NCBI RefSeq assembly: GCF_058153355.1 | Contig: NZ_CM177019.1 | Length of the DNA: 64,000 nucleotides | Strand: one strand, 5' to 3' | In this document: in pieces, positions 36,381-51,999 of the stretch | How positions within the stretch are numbered: the stretch's first letter is position 1 | How the letters are laid out: each line of letters starts with the position of its first letter | The notes under the pieces: generated by a model | What the model was told of the DNA's origin: nothing | The model's database searches: none | The model's input: the letters and a program-made list of their open reading frames with translations, nothing else | Position numbers and translations under genes: made by a program

Positions 36381-36548
36381 AAAACCTCTGTATTACAGAA
36401 ATAAAATAACCTGGAAAAGTAGCCTGAGCGTCCAGACACTACCGGGGATAGGAAAAGAATCTCTGATATGGCATTGAGATAATGCACATTCTTAGTGAAG
36501 AAGAAGTGAAGTACTATAAAAAATCGCTCATATCCCAGGAAATAAGCA

Positions 36549-36578
36549 CAAAAAAAGGTGCGCCAGGAGACGCACCAG
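36549..36578 (-). terminator. intrinsic terminator after malM
   Basis: Minus-strand hairpin ggtgcgtctcctggcgcacc followed by T7. Confidence 0.75.
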
Positions 36579-36608
36579 TTGTTGCAAAATCAGCACTGTG
36601 GGGCGTAA

Positions 36609-37529
36609 TTACCCCTTGCCTTTTACACTGCTGATAAAGGTGGAACGGGCAGATGTCGACCCCAGGCGTTCAGCTTCATCAAGCAGTTTTAACGCCTTAT
36701 CAACATCACCTTTCGCGACAGCGTTTTTAATCGCGGTATTAAAATAACTTTCCGTGTCGTTGAGCATCGGCTCGCTTTTCTTCACCGGTGCCGGAGCGGG
36801 TGCGGCCACTGCTGGTGCCGTCGTGTTGCCTACCGTAACCGGAGCAGGCGCGGAAGAACCAAATAGAGGCCCCACCAACACGCTGGAACTGGAGTTCGTT
36901 TTCACTTTCAGTTTCAGTAAGCCATCGGTGGTATGACGAGCAACCGGATCGGGAATATCCGGGATCGAGTTACCGACGCCTTTGGCATAGGCTTTTGCCG
37001 GGTCGAGCAGTTGGGTCGTCTGCTGGAGATCTTTTTCCGTGGTAAAGACCAGAACATAAAGTTTTTGCTGCCCCAACGCCGGTGTCAGGCGCATAACACC
37101 TTCCAGCCGATCTGCACTCATCACGCCTGGTTCCTGGTAGGTGAAATAACTGCTGGGGAAGAAGGCTGATGGGGTCATGATCTGATCAAGAATCAGCACG
37201 TTCGGCGCAAATACGCTGGTTTGTTTGTTCACTTCGCTGGTCAGCGTTAGTGTCAGTTCGCCAATGTTTGCCGGGACGCTGTACGCAGCAACCGGACCAC
37301 TGATGCCGGGGACGTTGAGTTGTTGGCCGCCGGTCGCCAGTTGGGTGGTCTGGGTTTTCGATTGATCGACCGGTGTCCAGGTGAGTTGTTGCAGCGCGGC
37401 AGATGGAATGGCTGGCGCGTCGCTGGTGTTTTGCGGTACGTAGTTAACATCGGCAAGGCTAATTCCAGGCGCGCTTGCCAGCAACCCTGCTGATAAACAG
37501 AGGGCGATGAGACTTTTATTCATTTTCAT
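36609..37529 (-). CDS. malM: maltose-regulon periplasmic protein
   Basis: 306-aa from ATG 37529 (MKMNKSLIALCLSAGLLASAPGISLA signal peptide). Confidence 0.9.
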   Translation of the reverse strand: MKMNKSLIALCLSAGLLASAPGISLADVNYVPQNTSDAPAIPSAALQQLTWTPVDQSKTQTTQLATGGQQLNVPGISGPVAAYSVPANIGELTLTLTSEVNKQTSVFAPNVLILDQIMTPSAFFPSSYFTYQEPGVMSADRLEGVMRLTPALGQQKLYVLVFTTEKDLQQTTQLLDPAKAYAKGVGNSIPDIPDPVARHTTDGLLKLKVKTNSSSSVLVGPLFGSSAPAPVTVGNTTAPAVAAPAPAPVKKSEPMLNDTESYFNTAIKNAVAKGDVDKALKLLDEAERLGSTSARSTFISSVKGKG

Positions 37530-37636
37530 TGTTTTCACCTCAAAATCTGGAGTTCAGCGGTAGCCAGGCAATAGCGCGCCAAACCCGATAATCAGAGGGG
37601 CTTTCGCCCCTTTCAGATAATGACAACCTGTTTTTA

Positions 37637-37670
37637 TGCCGGAAGCGGCGCGAACGCCTTATCCGGCCCA
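37637..37670. repeat. REP element between lamB and malM
   Basis: tgccggaagcggcgcgaacgccttatccggccca. Confidence 0.65.
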
Positions 37671-37680
37671 GGTTTTGCTA

Positions 37681-39051
<1,371 letters not shown>

Positions 39052-39092
39052 TCACATCACCTGTGACAGGCTTTGTGTGTTTTGTGGGGTGC

Positions 39093-40208
39093 TTAAACGC
39101 CCGGCTCCTTATGCAGTCGACGACATGCAGTGCCATCCTCACGGAACAGATGGCAACGCTCTGGCGGCAGGCCGATAGCGAATGTGGCACCTTCTTCTAC
39201 CAACACCACGTCGTTCTGGCGGTACACCAGGTTTTGACGAATGGAAGGGATCTGGATATGGATTTGAGTTTCGTTGCCGAGCTGCTCGACGACCTGAACT
39301 TCACCCTCAAGGATGACGTCAGCGATATCACTCGGCAGTAGATGTTCCGGGCGAATACCCAGCGACATATTGGCTCCAACCTGGACATCACGGCTTTCAA
39401 CCGGCAGCCAGACTTGCTGACGATTCGGCATCGGCAGTTCCACCTGCACTTGATCGATTGCGGTGGCGGTCACTTTTACCGGCAGGAAGTTCATCTTTGG
39501 CGAACCGATGAATCCGGCGACAAAGCGGTCTGCCGGATAGTGGTACAGCTCCAGCGGTTTCCCAACCTGCGCCACGCGATCGGCGTCCAGCACCACGATT
39601 TTGTCGGCCAGCGTCATCGCTTCGACCTGATCGTGGGTGACGTAAATCATCGTGCGGCCCAGGCGTTTATGCAGGCGGGAGATTTCGATACGCATTTGCA
39701 CACGCAGTGCGGCATCAAGGTTGGAGAGCGGTTCATCGAGCAAAAATACGCTTGGCTCGGCCACCAGCGTACGGCCAATCGCCACACGCTGACGCTGACC
39801 ACCAGAGAGCGCTTTCGGTTTGCGATCCAGCAAATGCGCCAGTTGCAGCACTTCCGCCACCTGGTTAACGCGTTGGTTAATCACCTCTTTTTTCGCGCCT
39901 GCCAGTTTCAGGCCAAATGACATGTTTTCTGCTACTGACAGGTGGGGATAGAGCGCGTAAGACTGGAACACCATACCAACGCCGCGTTCTGCTGGCGGAG
40001 TGTCATTCATCCGTTTCTCACCGATGAACAGGTCGCCGCTGGTGATCGTCTCAAGCCCGGCAATCATGCGCAGTAAAGTCGATTTTCCGCAGCCAGACGG
40101 CCCGACAAACACCACGAATTCACCTTCATGGATGTCGAGATTGATATCTTTCGATACCACGACCTCGCCCCAGGCTTTCGTTACATTTTGCAGCTGTACG
40201 CTCGCCAT
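39093..40208 (-). CDS. malK: maltose ABC transporter ATP-binding subunit
   Basis: 371-aa ORF, Walker [18 protein letters not shown] signature, C-terminal regulatory domain. Confidence 0.97.
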   Translation of the reverse strand: MASVQLQNVTKAWGEVVVSKDINLDIHEGEFVVFVGPSGCGKSTLLRMIAGLETITSGDLFIGEKRMNDTPPAERGVGMVFQSYALYPHLSVAENMSFGLKLAGAKKEVINQRVNQVAEVLQLAHLLDRKPKALSGGQRQRVAIGRTLVAEPSVFLLDEPLSNLDAALRVQMRIEISRLHKRLGRTMIYVTHDQVEAMTLADKIVVLDADRVAQVGKPLELYHYPADRFVAGFIGSPKMNFLPVKVTATAIDQVQVELPMPNRQQVWLPVESRDVQVGANMSLGIRPEHLLPSDIADVILEGEVQVVEQLGNETQIHIQIPSIRQNLVYRQNDVVLVEEGATFAIGLPPERCHLFREDGTACRRLHKEPGV

Positions 40209-41763
<1,555 letters not shown>

Positions 41764-41773
41764 TGCAGTGAAA

Positions 41774-41890
<117 letters not shown>

Positions 41891-41916
41891 TCTGTCCTGG
41901 AATGAGGAAGAACCCC

Positions 41917-43461
41917 ATGGATGTCATTAAAAAGAAACATTGGTGGCAAAGCGACGCGCTGAAATGGTCAGTGTTAGGTCTGCTCGGCCTGCTGGTGGGT
42001 TACCTTGTTGTTTTAATGTACGCACAAGGGGAATACCTGTTCGCCATTACCACGCTGATATTGAGTTCAGCGGGGCTCTATATTTTCGCCAATCGTAAAG
42101 CCTACGCCTGGCGCTATGTCTATCCGGGAATGGCTGGGATGGGGCTATTCGTCCTTTTCCCTCTGGTCTGCACCATCGCCATTGCCTTCACCAACTACAG
42201 CAGCACTAACCAGCTGACTTTTGAACGTGCGCAGGAAGTGTTGTTAGATCGCTCCTGGCAAGCAGGCAAAACCTATAACTTTGGTCTTTACCCGGCGGGC
42301 GATGAGTGGCAACTGGCGATCAGCGACGGCGAAACTGGCAAAAATTACCTCTCCGACGCGTTTAAATTTGGCGGCGAGCAAAAACTGCAACTAAAAGAAA
42401 CAGCCGCCCAGCCTGAAGGCGAGCGCGCGAATCTGCGTGTGATTACCCAGAATCGTCAGGCACTGAGTGACATTACTGCCATTCTGCCGGATGGTAACAA
42501 AGTGATGATGAGCTCCCTGCGCCAGTTTTCTGGCACGCAGCCGCTCTACACACTCGACGGTGACGGCACGCTGACGAATAACCAGAGCGGTGTGAAATAT
42601 CGGCCGAATAACCAAATTGGTTTTTACCAGTCCATTACCGCCGACGGCAACTGGGGCGATGAAAAGTTAAGCCCCGGTTACACCGTGACCACCGGCTGGA
42701 AAAACTTTACCCGCGTCTTCACCGACGAAGGCATTCAGAAACCGTTCCTCGCCATTTTCGTCTGGACCGTGGTGTTCTCGCTAATCACCGTCTTTTTAAC
42801 AGTGGCAGTCGGCATGGTTCTGGCGTGTCTGGTGCAGTGGGAAGCGTTGCGCGGCAAAGCGGTCTATCGTGTCCTGCTGATTCTGCCCTACGCGGTGCCA
42901 TCGTTTATTTCAATCTTGATTTTCAAAGGGTTGTTTAACCAGAGCTTCGGTGAAATCAACATGATGTTGAGCGCGCTATTTGGCGTGAAGCCTGCCTGGT
43001 TTAGCGATCCGACCACTGCCCGCACGATGCTGATTATCGTCAACACCTGGCTGGGTTATCCGTACATGATGATCCTCTGCATGGGCTTGTTGAAAGCGAT
43101 TCCGGACGATCTGTATGAAGCCTCAGCAATGGATGGCGCAGGTCCATTCCAGAACTTCTTTAAAATTACGCTGCCGCTGCTGATTAAACCGCTCACACCG
43201 CTAATGATCGCCAGCTTCGCCTTTAACTTTAACAACTTCGTGCTGATTCAACTGTTAACTAACGGCGGCCCGGATCGTCTTGGCACTACCACGCCAGCCG
43301 GTTATACCGACCTGCTCGTTAACTACACCTACCGCATCGCCTTTGAAGGCGGCGGTGGTCAGGACTTCGGTCTGGCGGCGGCAATTGCCACGCTGATCTT
43401 CCTGCTGGTGGGTGCGCTGGCGATCGTCAACCTGAAAGCCACGCGAATGAAGTTTGATTAA
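41917..43461 (+). CDS. malF: maltose ABC transporter permease
   Basis: 514-aa from ATG 41917 ([17 protein letters not shown]...); large periplasmic loop, EAA motif region. Confidence 0.92.
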   Translation: MDVIKKKHWWQSDALKWSVLGLLGLLVGYLVVLMYAQGEYLFAITTLILSSAGLYIFANRKAYAWRYVYPGMAGMGLFVLFPLVCTIAIAFTNYSSTNQLTFERAQEVLLDRSWQAGKTYNFGLYPAGDEWQLAISDGETGKNYLSDAFKFGGEQKLQLKETAAQPEGERANLRVITQNRQALSDITAILPDGNKVMMSSLRQFSGTQPLYTLDGDGTLTNNQSGVKYRPNNQIGFYQSITADGNWGDEKLSPGYTVTTGWKNFTRVFTDEGIQKPFLAIFVWTVVFSLITVFLTVAVGMVLACLVQWEALRGKAVYRVLLILPYAVPSFISILIFKGLFNQSFGEINMMLSALFGVKPAWFSDPTTARTMLIIVNTWLGYPYMMILCMGLLKAIPDDLYEASAMDGAGPFQNFFKITLPLLIKPLTPLMIASFAFNFNNFVLIQLLTNGGPDRLGTTTPAGYTDLLVNYTYRIAFEGGGGQDFGLAAAIATLIFLLVGALAIVNLKATRMKFD

Positions 43462-43475
43462 GGGAGATAACAAAA

Positions 43476-44366
43476 ATGGCAATGGTCCAACCGAAATCGC
43501 AAAAAGCACGTTTGTTTATTACTCATCTGCTACTGCTACTTTTTATCGCGGCGATTATGTTCCCGCTGCTGATGGTCGTCGCTATCTCTCTGCGTCAGGG
43601 GAACTTCGCGACTGGTAGCCTGATCCCGGAACAAATCTCCTGGGATCACTGGAAACTGGCGTTAGGTTTTAGCGTTGAACAGGCTGATGGGCGCATTACG
43701 CCACCGCCGTTCCCGGTACTGCTGTGGCTGTGGAACTCAGTAAAGGTCGCCGGAATTTCCGCGATTGGCATTGTTGCGCTATCCACCACCTGCGCCTACG
43801 CTTTCGCCCGTATGCGCTTTCCTGGTAAAGCGACACTGCTGAAAGGCATGCTGATTTTCCAGATGTTCCCGGCGGTGCTTTCACTGGTAGCGTTGTATGC
43901 GTTATTTGATCGTTTGGGTGAGTACATTCCATTCATCGGCCTGAATACTCACGGCGGCGTAATCTTCGCGTACCTGGGGGGGATTGCGCTGCATGTCTGG
44001 ACCATCAAAGGCTATTTCGAAACCATCGACAGTTCGCTGGAAGAAGCGGCGGCGCTGGATGGTGCAACACCGTGGCAGGCCTTCCGCCTTGTCCTGTTGC
44101 CGCTGTCAGTGCCGATTCTGGCGGTGGTGTTCATCCTGTCGTTTATCGCTGCCATTACTGAAGTTCCGGTCGCGTCGTTGTTACTGCGTGACGTAAACAG
44201 CTACACCCTGGCCGTGGGAATGCAGCAATACCTCAACCCGCAAAACTACCTGTGGGGTGACTTTGCCGCCGCTGCCGTGATGTCTGCATTACCGATCACC
44301 ATCGTCTTCTTGCTGGCTCAACGCTGGCTGGTCAACGGACTGACGGCAGGTGGTGTGAAAGGTTAA
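43476..44366 (+). CDS. malG: maltose ABC transporter permease
   Basis: 296-aa [35 protein letters not shown]... Confidence 0.95.
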
Positions 44367-44436
44367 AGATGTTGTTCTGCCAATGTTATGCCGCTACACC
44401 CTCAACTTACGTTATCCCAACTTGTGACTGTTATTC

Positions 44437-44461
44437 GGCGCTCTATGGAGCGCCTTTTTTT
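44437..44461 (+). terminator. intrinsic terminator after malG, overlapping the psiE stop codon
   Basis: ggcgctctatggagcgcc hairpin + T7. Confidence 0.75.
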
Positions 44462-44870
44462 ACTCCCGCTTCAGCCGTTTCGAATTACACAGCCATAAGG
44501 TGATCACCAGTAGCAGGATCGCTGCCGAGTAGATCAACACATCCAGTGGTGATTTATGATCGACGATGATCAAGCGCACAATGGCGGTGATCCCGATATA
44601 GACAAAGTAACGCAAGGGAAAGTGAAAACCGGACTGAAAGTACTTCACAATCAACGCGATAAATTCGAAATAGAGAAAGTAAACCACCAGCCCTTCCACC
44701 AGCTCATATTTGCTGGCTTGTTCTGGCGCGAACAGCACATCAGCCAGATGCACCGTTTCTTTGCCGAGGAAGACAACCAAAATCAGGCCGAGGCACAACA
44801 GGCCAAGATTGAGTACGGTCTGCAAAATGGTGGAGATAAACTCCACGCGCGGACGAGAGAGTGACGTCAT
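44460..44870 (-). CDS. psiE: phosphate-starvation-inducible membrane protein
   Basis: 136-aa from ATG 44870 ([25 protein letters not shown]...). Confidence 0.85.
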   Translation of the reverse strand: MTSLSRPRVEFISTILQTVLNLGLLCLGLILVVFLGKETVHLADVLFAPEQASKYELVEGLVVYFLYFEFIALIVKYFQSGFHFPLRYFVYIGITAIVRLIIVDHKSPLDVLIYSAAILLLVITLWLCNSKRLKRE

Positions 44871-44983
44871 AGCAGTACCTCCTTCACAATGGCGAGGTTC
44901 CTGTATAACGTAAAAATGTGACGGAGATCTATATTTTTTGTGTATGTTTTGTTCAGATCGATTAAATGGGCATCTCCCAACCA

Positions 44984-45058
44984 ACGCCGGATGCGGCGTG
45001 AACGCCTTATCCGTCCTACCCGTAGGCCGGATAAGCCGCGCCTAGCGGCGCATCCGGC
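44984..45058. repeat. REP elements upstream of psiE
   Basis: gccggatgcggcgtgaacgccttatccgtcctac / gtaggccggataagccgcgcctagcggcgcatccggc. Confidence 0.7.
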
Positions 45059-45159
45059 AAGACAAACCGCACCATAGCCTCTAATGCAAAAATCACCCAT
45101 TCAGGTGATTCCCAGCCACCAGCAATGCGCGAAAAATCGACAATGTTCCTCTGGAACAA

Positions 45160-45438
45160 ATGAAACGTAACCTGATAAAGGTGGTAAAAATGAAGCCTTA
45201 TTTTGCTGCTTTGATGTTATCAGTCTCTGTCCTTCCTGCTTATGCTGGTCCGCTCGGTACTGCTGATAAAGCCGACTTACCGCAAAGCGGTGTCTCCAGC
45301 CCAATGATGGCCCAGTCGCTCAGGCAACCAGACCTGCAACCAATATCGACGGACAGGAAAACAGAATGTTTTCGCCTTTACACACCAGATCGCAAACCGG
45401 GGGTGAACTGCGTTCCTGATGGCTCGACAGGCCATTAA
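45160..45438 (+). CDS. yjbT: small putative periplasmic protein
   Basis: 92-aa ORF with signal-peptide-like N-terminus (KPYFAALMLSVSVLPAYA). Confidence 0.5.
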   Translation: MKRNLIKVVKMKPYFAALMLSVSVLPAYAGPLGTADKADLPQSGVSSPMMAQSLRQPDLQPISTDRKTECFRLYTPDRKPGVNCVPDGSTGH

Positions 45439-45484
45439 GAATGAAGGTGCCAGTGAGTGCGAAAACTGGCACCTTTCCTCTAAC

Positions 45485-47581
45485 TTAGCGGAAATTGACG
45501 CTTCGGTCGCTGGTCATGTCATACAACTGGAACTTACGCCCAAGTTGCTGACCACCGTCACGCGTCAGCGGCGTCCAGCCAATTGCCGCTCGGCTACGAG
45601 TCGGGCCAGACGAGAAGAGATCCAACGGTACAGAGATATACACGCCTTTGGTGAAGTCCCCTTCGCCGTACTCCTCTTTCGAAACATTCGTGATCGTGGC
45701 ATACCCACCCACTACCACGCCGCTATCAAAGCGTTTGGCGATTTCCAGCGTGCCGCCTTTATCCCCTGCCAGATATTGCCCGACGCTGGCTTTCACTAAC
45801 ACATCCTGAGCGAAAGATGGCGTCCAGTAGGCGGTCAGATGTCCGGTTTTCACGCTGTAATCGGTGAATTTCATCATATCTTTCGCGCTACGCCAGTCGC
45901 GCTGTTTAACGTAGTTAGCATCCAGACCAAACGCCCAGTTGCTATCCAGCGGGCGATACAACACCTCTGCCCCCACGCCGCCAAACATGGTTTCGAGATA
46001 ACCACCGTAGACCTGACCGTAGAAGCCGTTGCCCAGATGCTGGAAGTAGTTGGCTTGCAGGTTATTCACATAGACATCATTCTGCACATACTCACGCACA
46101 TGGGTACGAACGCGCGGTAAGTGCGAGTCCTGCGGTGGATTGGTGTAATTAAACTTGTCGTAATTGTTCGCCAGGTTAGCAAACAGGCTACCGGTGGTCA
46201 GCAGATGGTCCGTCAGCCACAAATCCGCCGTTCCCATCACGCCCAACTGGTACATGTAAAAGTTTTCCGGGCCACCGACCGACTGGTTCAGCACCGGATC
46301 GATATGGAAATCAAAGCGCGATTTGTCGATATACCAGCCCTGTTCGGTGGATGCAGGAACTACCGGCTCGACGCGTTTTTGCGCCAGCGTCGTTTCGTGG
46401 CCCAACGACTCTCCGGCAAGATGATTTTTCAGGCTGGCTACATCGGTTTCCGTCGTCACCTGCGGCATGTTAAGGCGATTTTCTGTAACGCGGATCGTCT
46501 TGATCCCCTCCGGCAGATCGTTCATCACGATCCGATTAGCACGGATGATCCCTTCACGCGAATCACGATATTTCACCTGCTCACCGGTGACGTACAGCGT
46601 ATCGCCTTTCGTCTGGATCTGCGGATCGGCCAGTCCGGCGTTGTATTTCAACAGCGTTAACTGATTCGCCACCACCGAATGCTGCAAAATGGCATCCTGT
46701 GGTTGCGGTTGATATTGCGGACGGGCGTTATCGTTGTAGGACGGCCGTAGATCGTTAAAGTTGGTGCGAAGCGTGACGCCAAACATAAAGGTGTTACCCC
46801 GTTCATAGCTAAGATTAACGTCGGCCCAATCGGTAACGCGATAAATCGCCCCGACGTTAAACTTACTTTTTTGCTCCAGCTTCCCGGCAAAATCCTGCTG
46901 ATAATTATTGCCTTCATACTCCAGTTTCAGACGCAGCGGCTGCCAAGGCGTCTGGTATTCCACGCCGCCAAACAGTGAGGCCGGACCGTGGAACATCTGG
47001 CTGCCGTCGATAGATCCCGCTTGTTTGTAGCTGTTATCGCGATAGCAATATTTGTCACTGGCTGAACAGAGCGGATTTTTCACGTTACCGCTGGTGCCCA
47101 GATATCCCCAGCCCAGGCCGAGCGTAAAATCGAATGGCCCCCAGGCTTTGCTGGCGACAAGATATTCCGCATCGAACAGCCCCGTACCGCCGATATCCCG
47201 CGCACCAACCGCCACCTGTGGCAGCCAGTAACTCTCTTCCCATAAACGCAGTTTGAGATCGAAGGCTTTATCTTTATACGTTTGATCACCAGAGAACGCT
47301 TCGACGCTGCTGTACTGCCGAGTGCGCACGTCGGTATAACGCAGCGTTGTTTCCAACCACGGGAAGAGTTGCACCGAAGCAGAGTAATAACGGTACTGAT
47401 CGTTATCGCGATAGTTCAGACTCAACTCCCCTTCCCGCGCCATGCGCGCGGTAGGTGTTTGTAATAATCCTACACCACCGAAATCCGATTGCGACGGACC
47501 AATAGGCGCAGGATATGTTTCGCCGTAGCAAGCCGTGCTAATGCCCAGCGCCAGTAAACTAAGCAGATGTCTTTTTTTCAT
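45485..47581 (-). CDS. yjbH: outer-membrane lipoprotein-like protein of yjbEFGH exopolysaccharide operon
   Basis: 698-aa ORF with signal peptide [20 protein letters not shown]; last gene of yjbEFGH. Confidence 0.85.
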   Translation of the reverse strand: MKKRHLLSLLALGISTACYGETYPAPIGPSQSDFGGVGLLQTPTARMAREGELSLNYRDNDQYRYYSASVQLFPWLETTLRYTDVRTRQYSSVEAFSGDQTYKDKAFDLKLRLWEESYWLPQVAVGARDIGGTGLFDAEYLVASKAWGPFDFTLGLGWGYLGTSGNVKNPLCSASDKYCYRDNSYKQAGSIDGSQMFHGPASLFGGVEYQTPWQPLRLKLEYEGNNYQQDFAGKLEQKSKFNVGAIYRVTDWADVNLSYERGNTFMFGVTLRTNFNDLRPSYNDNARPQYQPQPQDAILQHSVVANQLTLLKYNAGLADPQIQTKGDTLYVTGEQVKYRDSREGIIRANRIVMNDLPEGIKTIRVTENRLNMPQVTTETDVASLKNHLAGESLGHETTLAQKRVEPVVPASTEQGWYIDKSRFDFHIDPVLNQSVGGPENFYMYQLGVMGTADLWLTDHLLTTGSLFANLANNYDKFNYTNPPQDSHLPRVRTHVREYVQNDVYVNNLQANYFQHLGNGFYGQVYGGYLETMFGGVGAEVLYRPLDSNWAFGLDANYVKQRDWRSAKDMMKFTDYSVKTGHLTAYWTPSFAQDVLVKASVGQYLAGDKGGTLEIAKRFDSGVVVGGYATITNVSKEEYGEGDFTKGVYISVPLDLFSSGPTRSRAAIGWTPLTRDGGQQLGRKFQLYDMTSDRSVNFR

Positions 47582-48318
47582 TATTGCGGTATCCGCTGCG
47601 TCAGAGTCTGAAGAATGTCAGCGTTAAGGGCATCAGGCGTCTCACTCCAGACGGAGTCCGCGAGGCCAACATAAATAATGCTGCCGGGCATCGGCTCTAC
47701 GTGACGCTTGTTCCAGTAAGCCACCGGTGCTTTTTGCGTGCGTCCATCCGGATAAACGACCCACGCGTAGCTGCGATCCGCGCCGCTAAGCAGACTTTGC
47801 CCGGAGAGATAGCTCGCCACGTCGCGACCTGGAGTGAATGGCTGATTGCCAGGGCGGCTGATAAGCCCGAACAACGTGACCGTGGACGGCGGTGGTCCGA
47901 CCCACAGCGTGTAGTTGCCCTGCAACGGCGGGTTACCGCGTTCGGCAACGCGCACGATATCAGGATCAAGATTGATTTTTTGTCTGCCCGTCACCTTCAA
48001 CGCCTGAATTTGCTGGCGTAAGGCGTTAATGGCGGCGGCATCGTCGGTGCTGGATTCTGAGGCCAGTTCTGCCAGCCTTTTCAGCAACGCCTGCTGCTGC
48101 CGTAATGCCGCCGCCGTTGCCAGCTCTTCGCTAATCACCGCTCCGGGCCACCAACTGTTTGCCAGCCGCGGTTGGCCTACCAGATCAATTAAATGCTCTG
48201 CGCCTGTCAGCGTTTTGGCCTCATTGCTGCCATTACTGAACACTTTGACGGTGCCTGCCGCAAAGACCGATGACGCTCCCACGCTCATAATCAACGCAGC
48301 AATAGTTTGTTTAATCAT
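47581..48318 (-). CDS. yjbG: yjbEFGH operon periplasmic protein
   Basis: 245-aa from ATG 48318 ([20 protein letters not shown] signal peptide); overlaps yjbF and yjbH ends. Confidence 0.8.
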   Translation of the reverse strand: MIKQTIAALIMSVGASSVFAAGTVKVFSNGSNEAKTLTGAEHLIDLVGQPRLANSWWPGAVISEELATAAALRQQQALLKRLAELASESSTDDAAAINALRQQIQALKVTGRQKINLDPDIVRVAERGNPPLQGNYTLWVGPPPSTVTLFGLISRPGNQPFTPGRDVASYLSGQSLLSGADRSYAWVVYPDGRTQKAPVAYWNKRHVEPMPGSIIYVGLADSVWSETPDALNADILQTLTQRIPQ

Positions 48319-48953
48319 TGTTTTGCCGCCTTGATGAGAGTGGTTTTCACCGGGAAATAATCCGCGCCGAGATACTGTTCCGACTGGCGAATTTGCCCTT
48401 CGCTGTCGATCCAATAGCGGTTATGCCAGCGTGCCTGGTCGGTGGAGACTTCTTCGTCCAGCACACGAACCGGAGTTTCATCGCTACCGACTTTGACGGT
48501 ATCGGTGCCATCCCATTTGAAAACCGAGCGTGCGGTGGCGTAGCGCACCTGCTGGTACTCGGTCCAGCCCATCGTGCGCGTCCAGGTTGCGCCATCAACA
48601 ATTTGTGCGGGTTTTATCAGCGGGTCGGCGGCAAGGTTATTCACTTCAATCAGGTTGTCGCCGCCAAGCAAAGTCTTCACCAGACGACCATGTTGTGTGA
48701 CGAGAGTGGCTTGATCCTGAGTAACCCATTTTTGTTGTCCGTCTTCAGCGAAGGCCAGCACCACAAACAACTGCGGCCCGCCATTAAGCTGCATGTACTG
48801 GCTGGCATAGGGCATATTTTGAATATCATCGTCCGTCAGCTGTACGCCTGGCGTACCGAACAGACTGTCCCACAGTGAATTGCCCAGCTCTTTAGTCGTG
48901 GCTGAACAGGCCTGTAATAGCAGGCAGATAAGAATGAGTGCAGGTCGCTTCAC
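48315..48953 (-). CDS. yjbF: yjbEFGH operon lipoprotein
   Basis: 212-aa from GTG 48953 (KRPALILICLLLQACSATT lipobox). Confidence 0.75.
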   Translation of the reverse strand: MKRPALILICLLLQACSATTKELGNSLWDSLFGTPGVQLTDDDIQNMPYASQYMQLNGGPQLFVVLAFAEDGQQKWVTQDQATLVTQHGRLVKTLLGGDNLIEVNNLAADPLIKPAQIVDGATWTRTMGWTEYQQVRYATARSVFKWDGTDTVKVGSDETPVRVLDEEVSTDQARWHNRYWIDSEGQIRQSEQYLGADYFPVKTTLIKAAKQ

Positions 48954-49067
48954 GACTCTTCTCCAGAGGGGCAGAATAACCACACCGGAGTGTGGTTATG
49001 GTTAATCCCCGTCATACTTCAAGCCACAGATGCGGTGACTCGAATTATTTTGGGGATACATACTTTA

Positions 49068-49310
49068 TTACTGGGTACTGGTGGTTGTGGTTGTTGTGGT
49101 CCCGGTATTAGAACCATCACCGCCACCGGTTGCCGCGAGCGCGACACCCACCGCCGAACTTACGGTGCTGACGCTGGTCGCGGAGGAACTACCCGCCGAA
49201 ACCGACGTTGCTGCCGACCCTGCTGCTTCGCCCACCTGTACAGGTGCAGCCCACGCAGAAGTCGCCGCAAGCGCAGATATGGCAAAAATGCCATACAGAA
49301 CTTTTTTCAT
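49068..49310 (-). CDS. yjbE: small secreted Ser/Thr/Ala-rich protein, first gene of yjbEFGH
   Basis: 80-aa [24 protein letters not shown]...[10 protein letters not shown]. Confidence 0.8.
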
Positions 49311-49613
49311 AACAATTTCCCTTCATTGAATGAATGGAGATTTACCCAAAAACATTTCGGGCGGGATCGAGTATACACAACTAAAGCATGCGAATTACGG
49401 CGTGGGGAATTAGTGATGGGGTTTTAAGATAATTGGAATGAATATCAAATATAAGTTTCAACTTATATATAAATAATATTTAAAATCGAAAATTTAAAAC
49501 AAAATCAAAAATAATTAACCTACGTATTTTCCGAAATCAATCATGATTAAAAATCTATTTTAGGATTAACCTCACGGTATGATTTTCGTTAAATCACAGA
49601 CAAGGGGATTTAT

Positions 49614-49650
49614 CTGATAAAACAATGCCGACTTATAGTCGGCATTGTTA
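49614..49650 (-). terminator. intrinsic terminator downstream of pgi
   Basis: aacaatgccgactataagtcggcattgtt hairpin with U-tract on minus strand. Confidence 0.7.
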
Positions 49651-49716
49651 TTAAGGTTATTTAATCAATCCTGCTATGTATTAATTGCCGAATATGATGT
49701 ACATATCGGCATCGAC

Positions 49717-49797
<81 letters not shown>

Positions 49798-49825
49798 TAT
49801 CATCGGCATCAAGCTCGCTCGATGA

Positions 49826-51475
49826 TTAACCGCGCCACGCTTTATAGCGGTTAATCAGACCATTGGTCGAGCTATCGTGGCTGCTGATTTCTTTATCATC
49901 TTTCAGCTCTGGCAGAATACGGTTCGCCAGCTGTTTACCCAGCTCCACGCCCCACTGGTCGAAGGTGAAGATGTTCAGGATCACGCCCTGAGTAAAGATT
50001 TTGTGCTCATACAGCGCAATCAACGCACCCAGGCTGAACGGAGTGATTTCGCGCAGCAGGATAGAGTTGGTTGGGCGGTTACCTTCGAACACTTTGAATG
50101 GTACCACGTAGTCAAGCGTTGCCGGATCTTTACCCTGATCGCGATATTCCTGCTCAACCACTTCGCGGGATTTACCAAACGCCAGCGCTTCGGTCTGAGC
50201 GAAGAAGTTAGACAGCAGTTTCTGGTGATGATCAGAGAGCGGGTTATGGGTGATAGCCGGGGCGATGAAATCGCACGGCACCATCTTCGTACCCTGGTGG
50301 ATCAGCTGGTAGAACGCGTGCTGACCGTTCGTGCCAGGTTCACCCCAGATAATCGGGCCAGTCTGGTAATCCACAACGTTACCGTTACGGTCAACATACT
50401 TACCGTTGGACTCCATATTGCCCTGCTGGAAGTACGCTGCAAAACGGTGCATATACTGGTCGTACGGCAGAATCGCTTCAGTTTCCGCGCCAAAGAAATT
50501 GTTGTACCAGATGCCAATCAGCGCCAGCAGTACAGGCAGGTTTTTCTCTGCAGGCGTGGTGGAGAAATGCTTGTCCATCGCGTGTGCGCCAGAAAGCAGT
50601 TCAACGAAGTTATCAAAGCCGATGGAGAGAACAATCGACAAGCCAATCGCTGACCATAAAGAGTAACGACCGCCGACCCAGTCCCAGAACTCGAACATGT
50701 TGGCGGTATCAATACCAAACTCACCAACGGCTTTGGCATTGGTTGAGAGCGCAGCAAAGTGTTTCGCAACGTGTTTCTCATCACCTGCCGCTTTCAGGAA
50801 CCAGTCACGCGCGCTATGGGCGTTGGTCATGGTTTCCTGAGTGGTGAAGGTTTTAGATGCTACCAGGAACAGCGTGGTTTCCGGGTTCACTTTTTTCAGC
50901 ACTTCCGCGATGTGAGTCCCATCGACGTTAGAAACAAAGTGCATGTTCAGGTGATTTTTGTACGGACGCAGTGCTTCAGTCACCATGTATGGGCCGAGGT
51001 CAGAACCGCCGATCCCGATGTTCACTACGTCAGTGATTGCTTTGCCGGTATAGCCTTTCCACTCACCAGAAATAATCGCTTCCGAGAAGGTTTTCATCTT
51101 CTCCAGCACCGCGTTGACTTCCGGCATAACATCTTTGCCATCAACCAGAATCGGGGTATTGCTACGGTTACGCAGCGCTACGTGCAGAACAGCGCGGTTT
51201 TCGGTGCGGTTGATCTTCTCGCCAGAGAACATCGACTTAATCGCGCCAGCTAAATCACACTCTTTCGCCAGATCCTGTAATTTCGCCAGCGTCTCTTCAG
51301 TGATGCGGTTTTTGGAGTAATCCACCAGCATCTGATCGTCGAAGGTTGCGGAGAACTTAGAAAAACGATCGCCGTCTTTAGCAAAAAGATCGGCGATCGT
51401 AACGTCTTTCATTTCATCGAAGTGTTTCTGTAGTGCCTGCCAGGCCGCGGTCTGCGTTGGATTGATGTTTTTCAT
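49826..51475 (-). CDS. pgi: glucose-6-phosphate isomerase
   Basis: 549-aa from ATG 51475 ([19 protein letters not shown]...). Confidence 0.97.
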
Positions 51476-51717
51476 TAGCAATACTCTTCTGATTTTGAGA
51501 ATTGTGACTTTGGAAGATTGTAGCGCCAGTCACAGAAAAATGTGATGGTTTTAGTGCCGTTAGCGTAATGTTGAGTGTAAACCCTTAGCGCAGTGAAGCA
51601 TTTATTAGCTGAACTACTGACCGCCAGGAGTGGATGAAAAATCCGCATGACCCCATCGTTGACAACCGCCCCGCTCAACCTTTATTTATAAATGTACTAC
51701 CTGCGCTAGCGCAGGCC

Positions 51718-51995
51718 AGAAGAGGCGCGTTGCCCAAGTAACGGTGTTGGAGGAGCCAGTCCTGTGATAACACCTGAGGGGGTGCATCGCCGAGGTGATT
51801 GAACGGCTGGCCACGTTCATCATCGGCTACAGGGGCTGAATCCCCTGGGTTGTCACCAGAAGCGTTCGCAGTCGGGCGTTTCGCAAGTGGTGGAGCACTT
51901 CTGGGTGAAAATAGTAGCGAAGTATCGCTCTGCGCCCACCCGTCTTCCGCTCTTCCCTTGTGCCAAGGCTGAAAATGGATCCCCTGACACGAGGT
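51718..51995 (+). promoter_or_regulatory. lysC leader containing a lysine riboswitch (L-box)
   Basis: Long 5' leader beginning aagaggcgcgttgcc (L-box-like 5' motif), multiple complementary segments, ends at lysC RBS; -35 ttgaca near 51659. Confidence 0.7.
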
Positions 51996-51999
51996 AGTT

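Noticed and set aside
49068-49310. Low-complexity Thr/Ser/Ala run resembling a simple repeat
   Set aside because: It lies within the small secreted protein gene yjbE (signal peptide, first gene of yjbEFGH), so it is coding low-complexity sequence, not a non-coding repeat.
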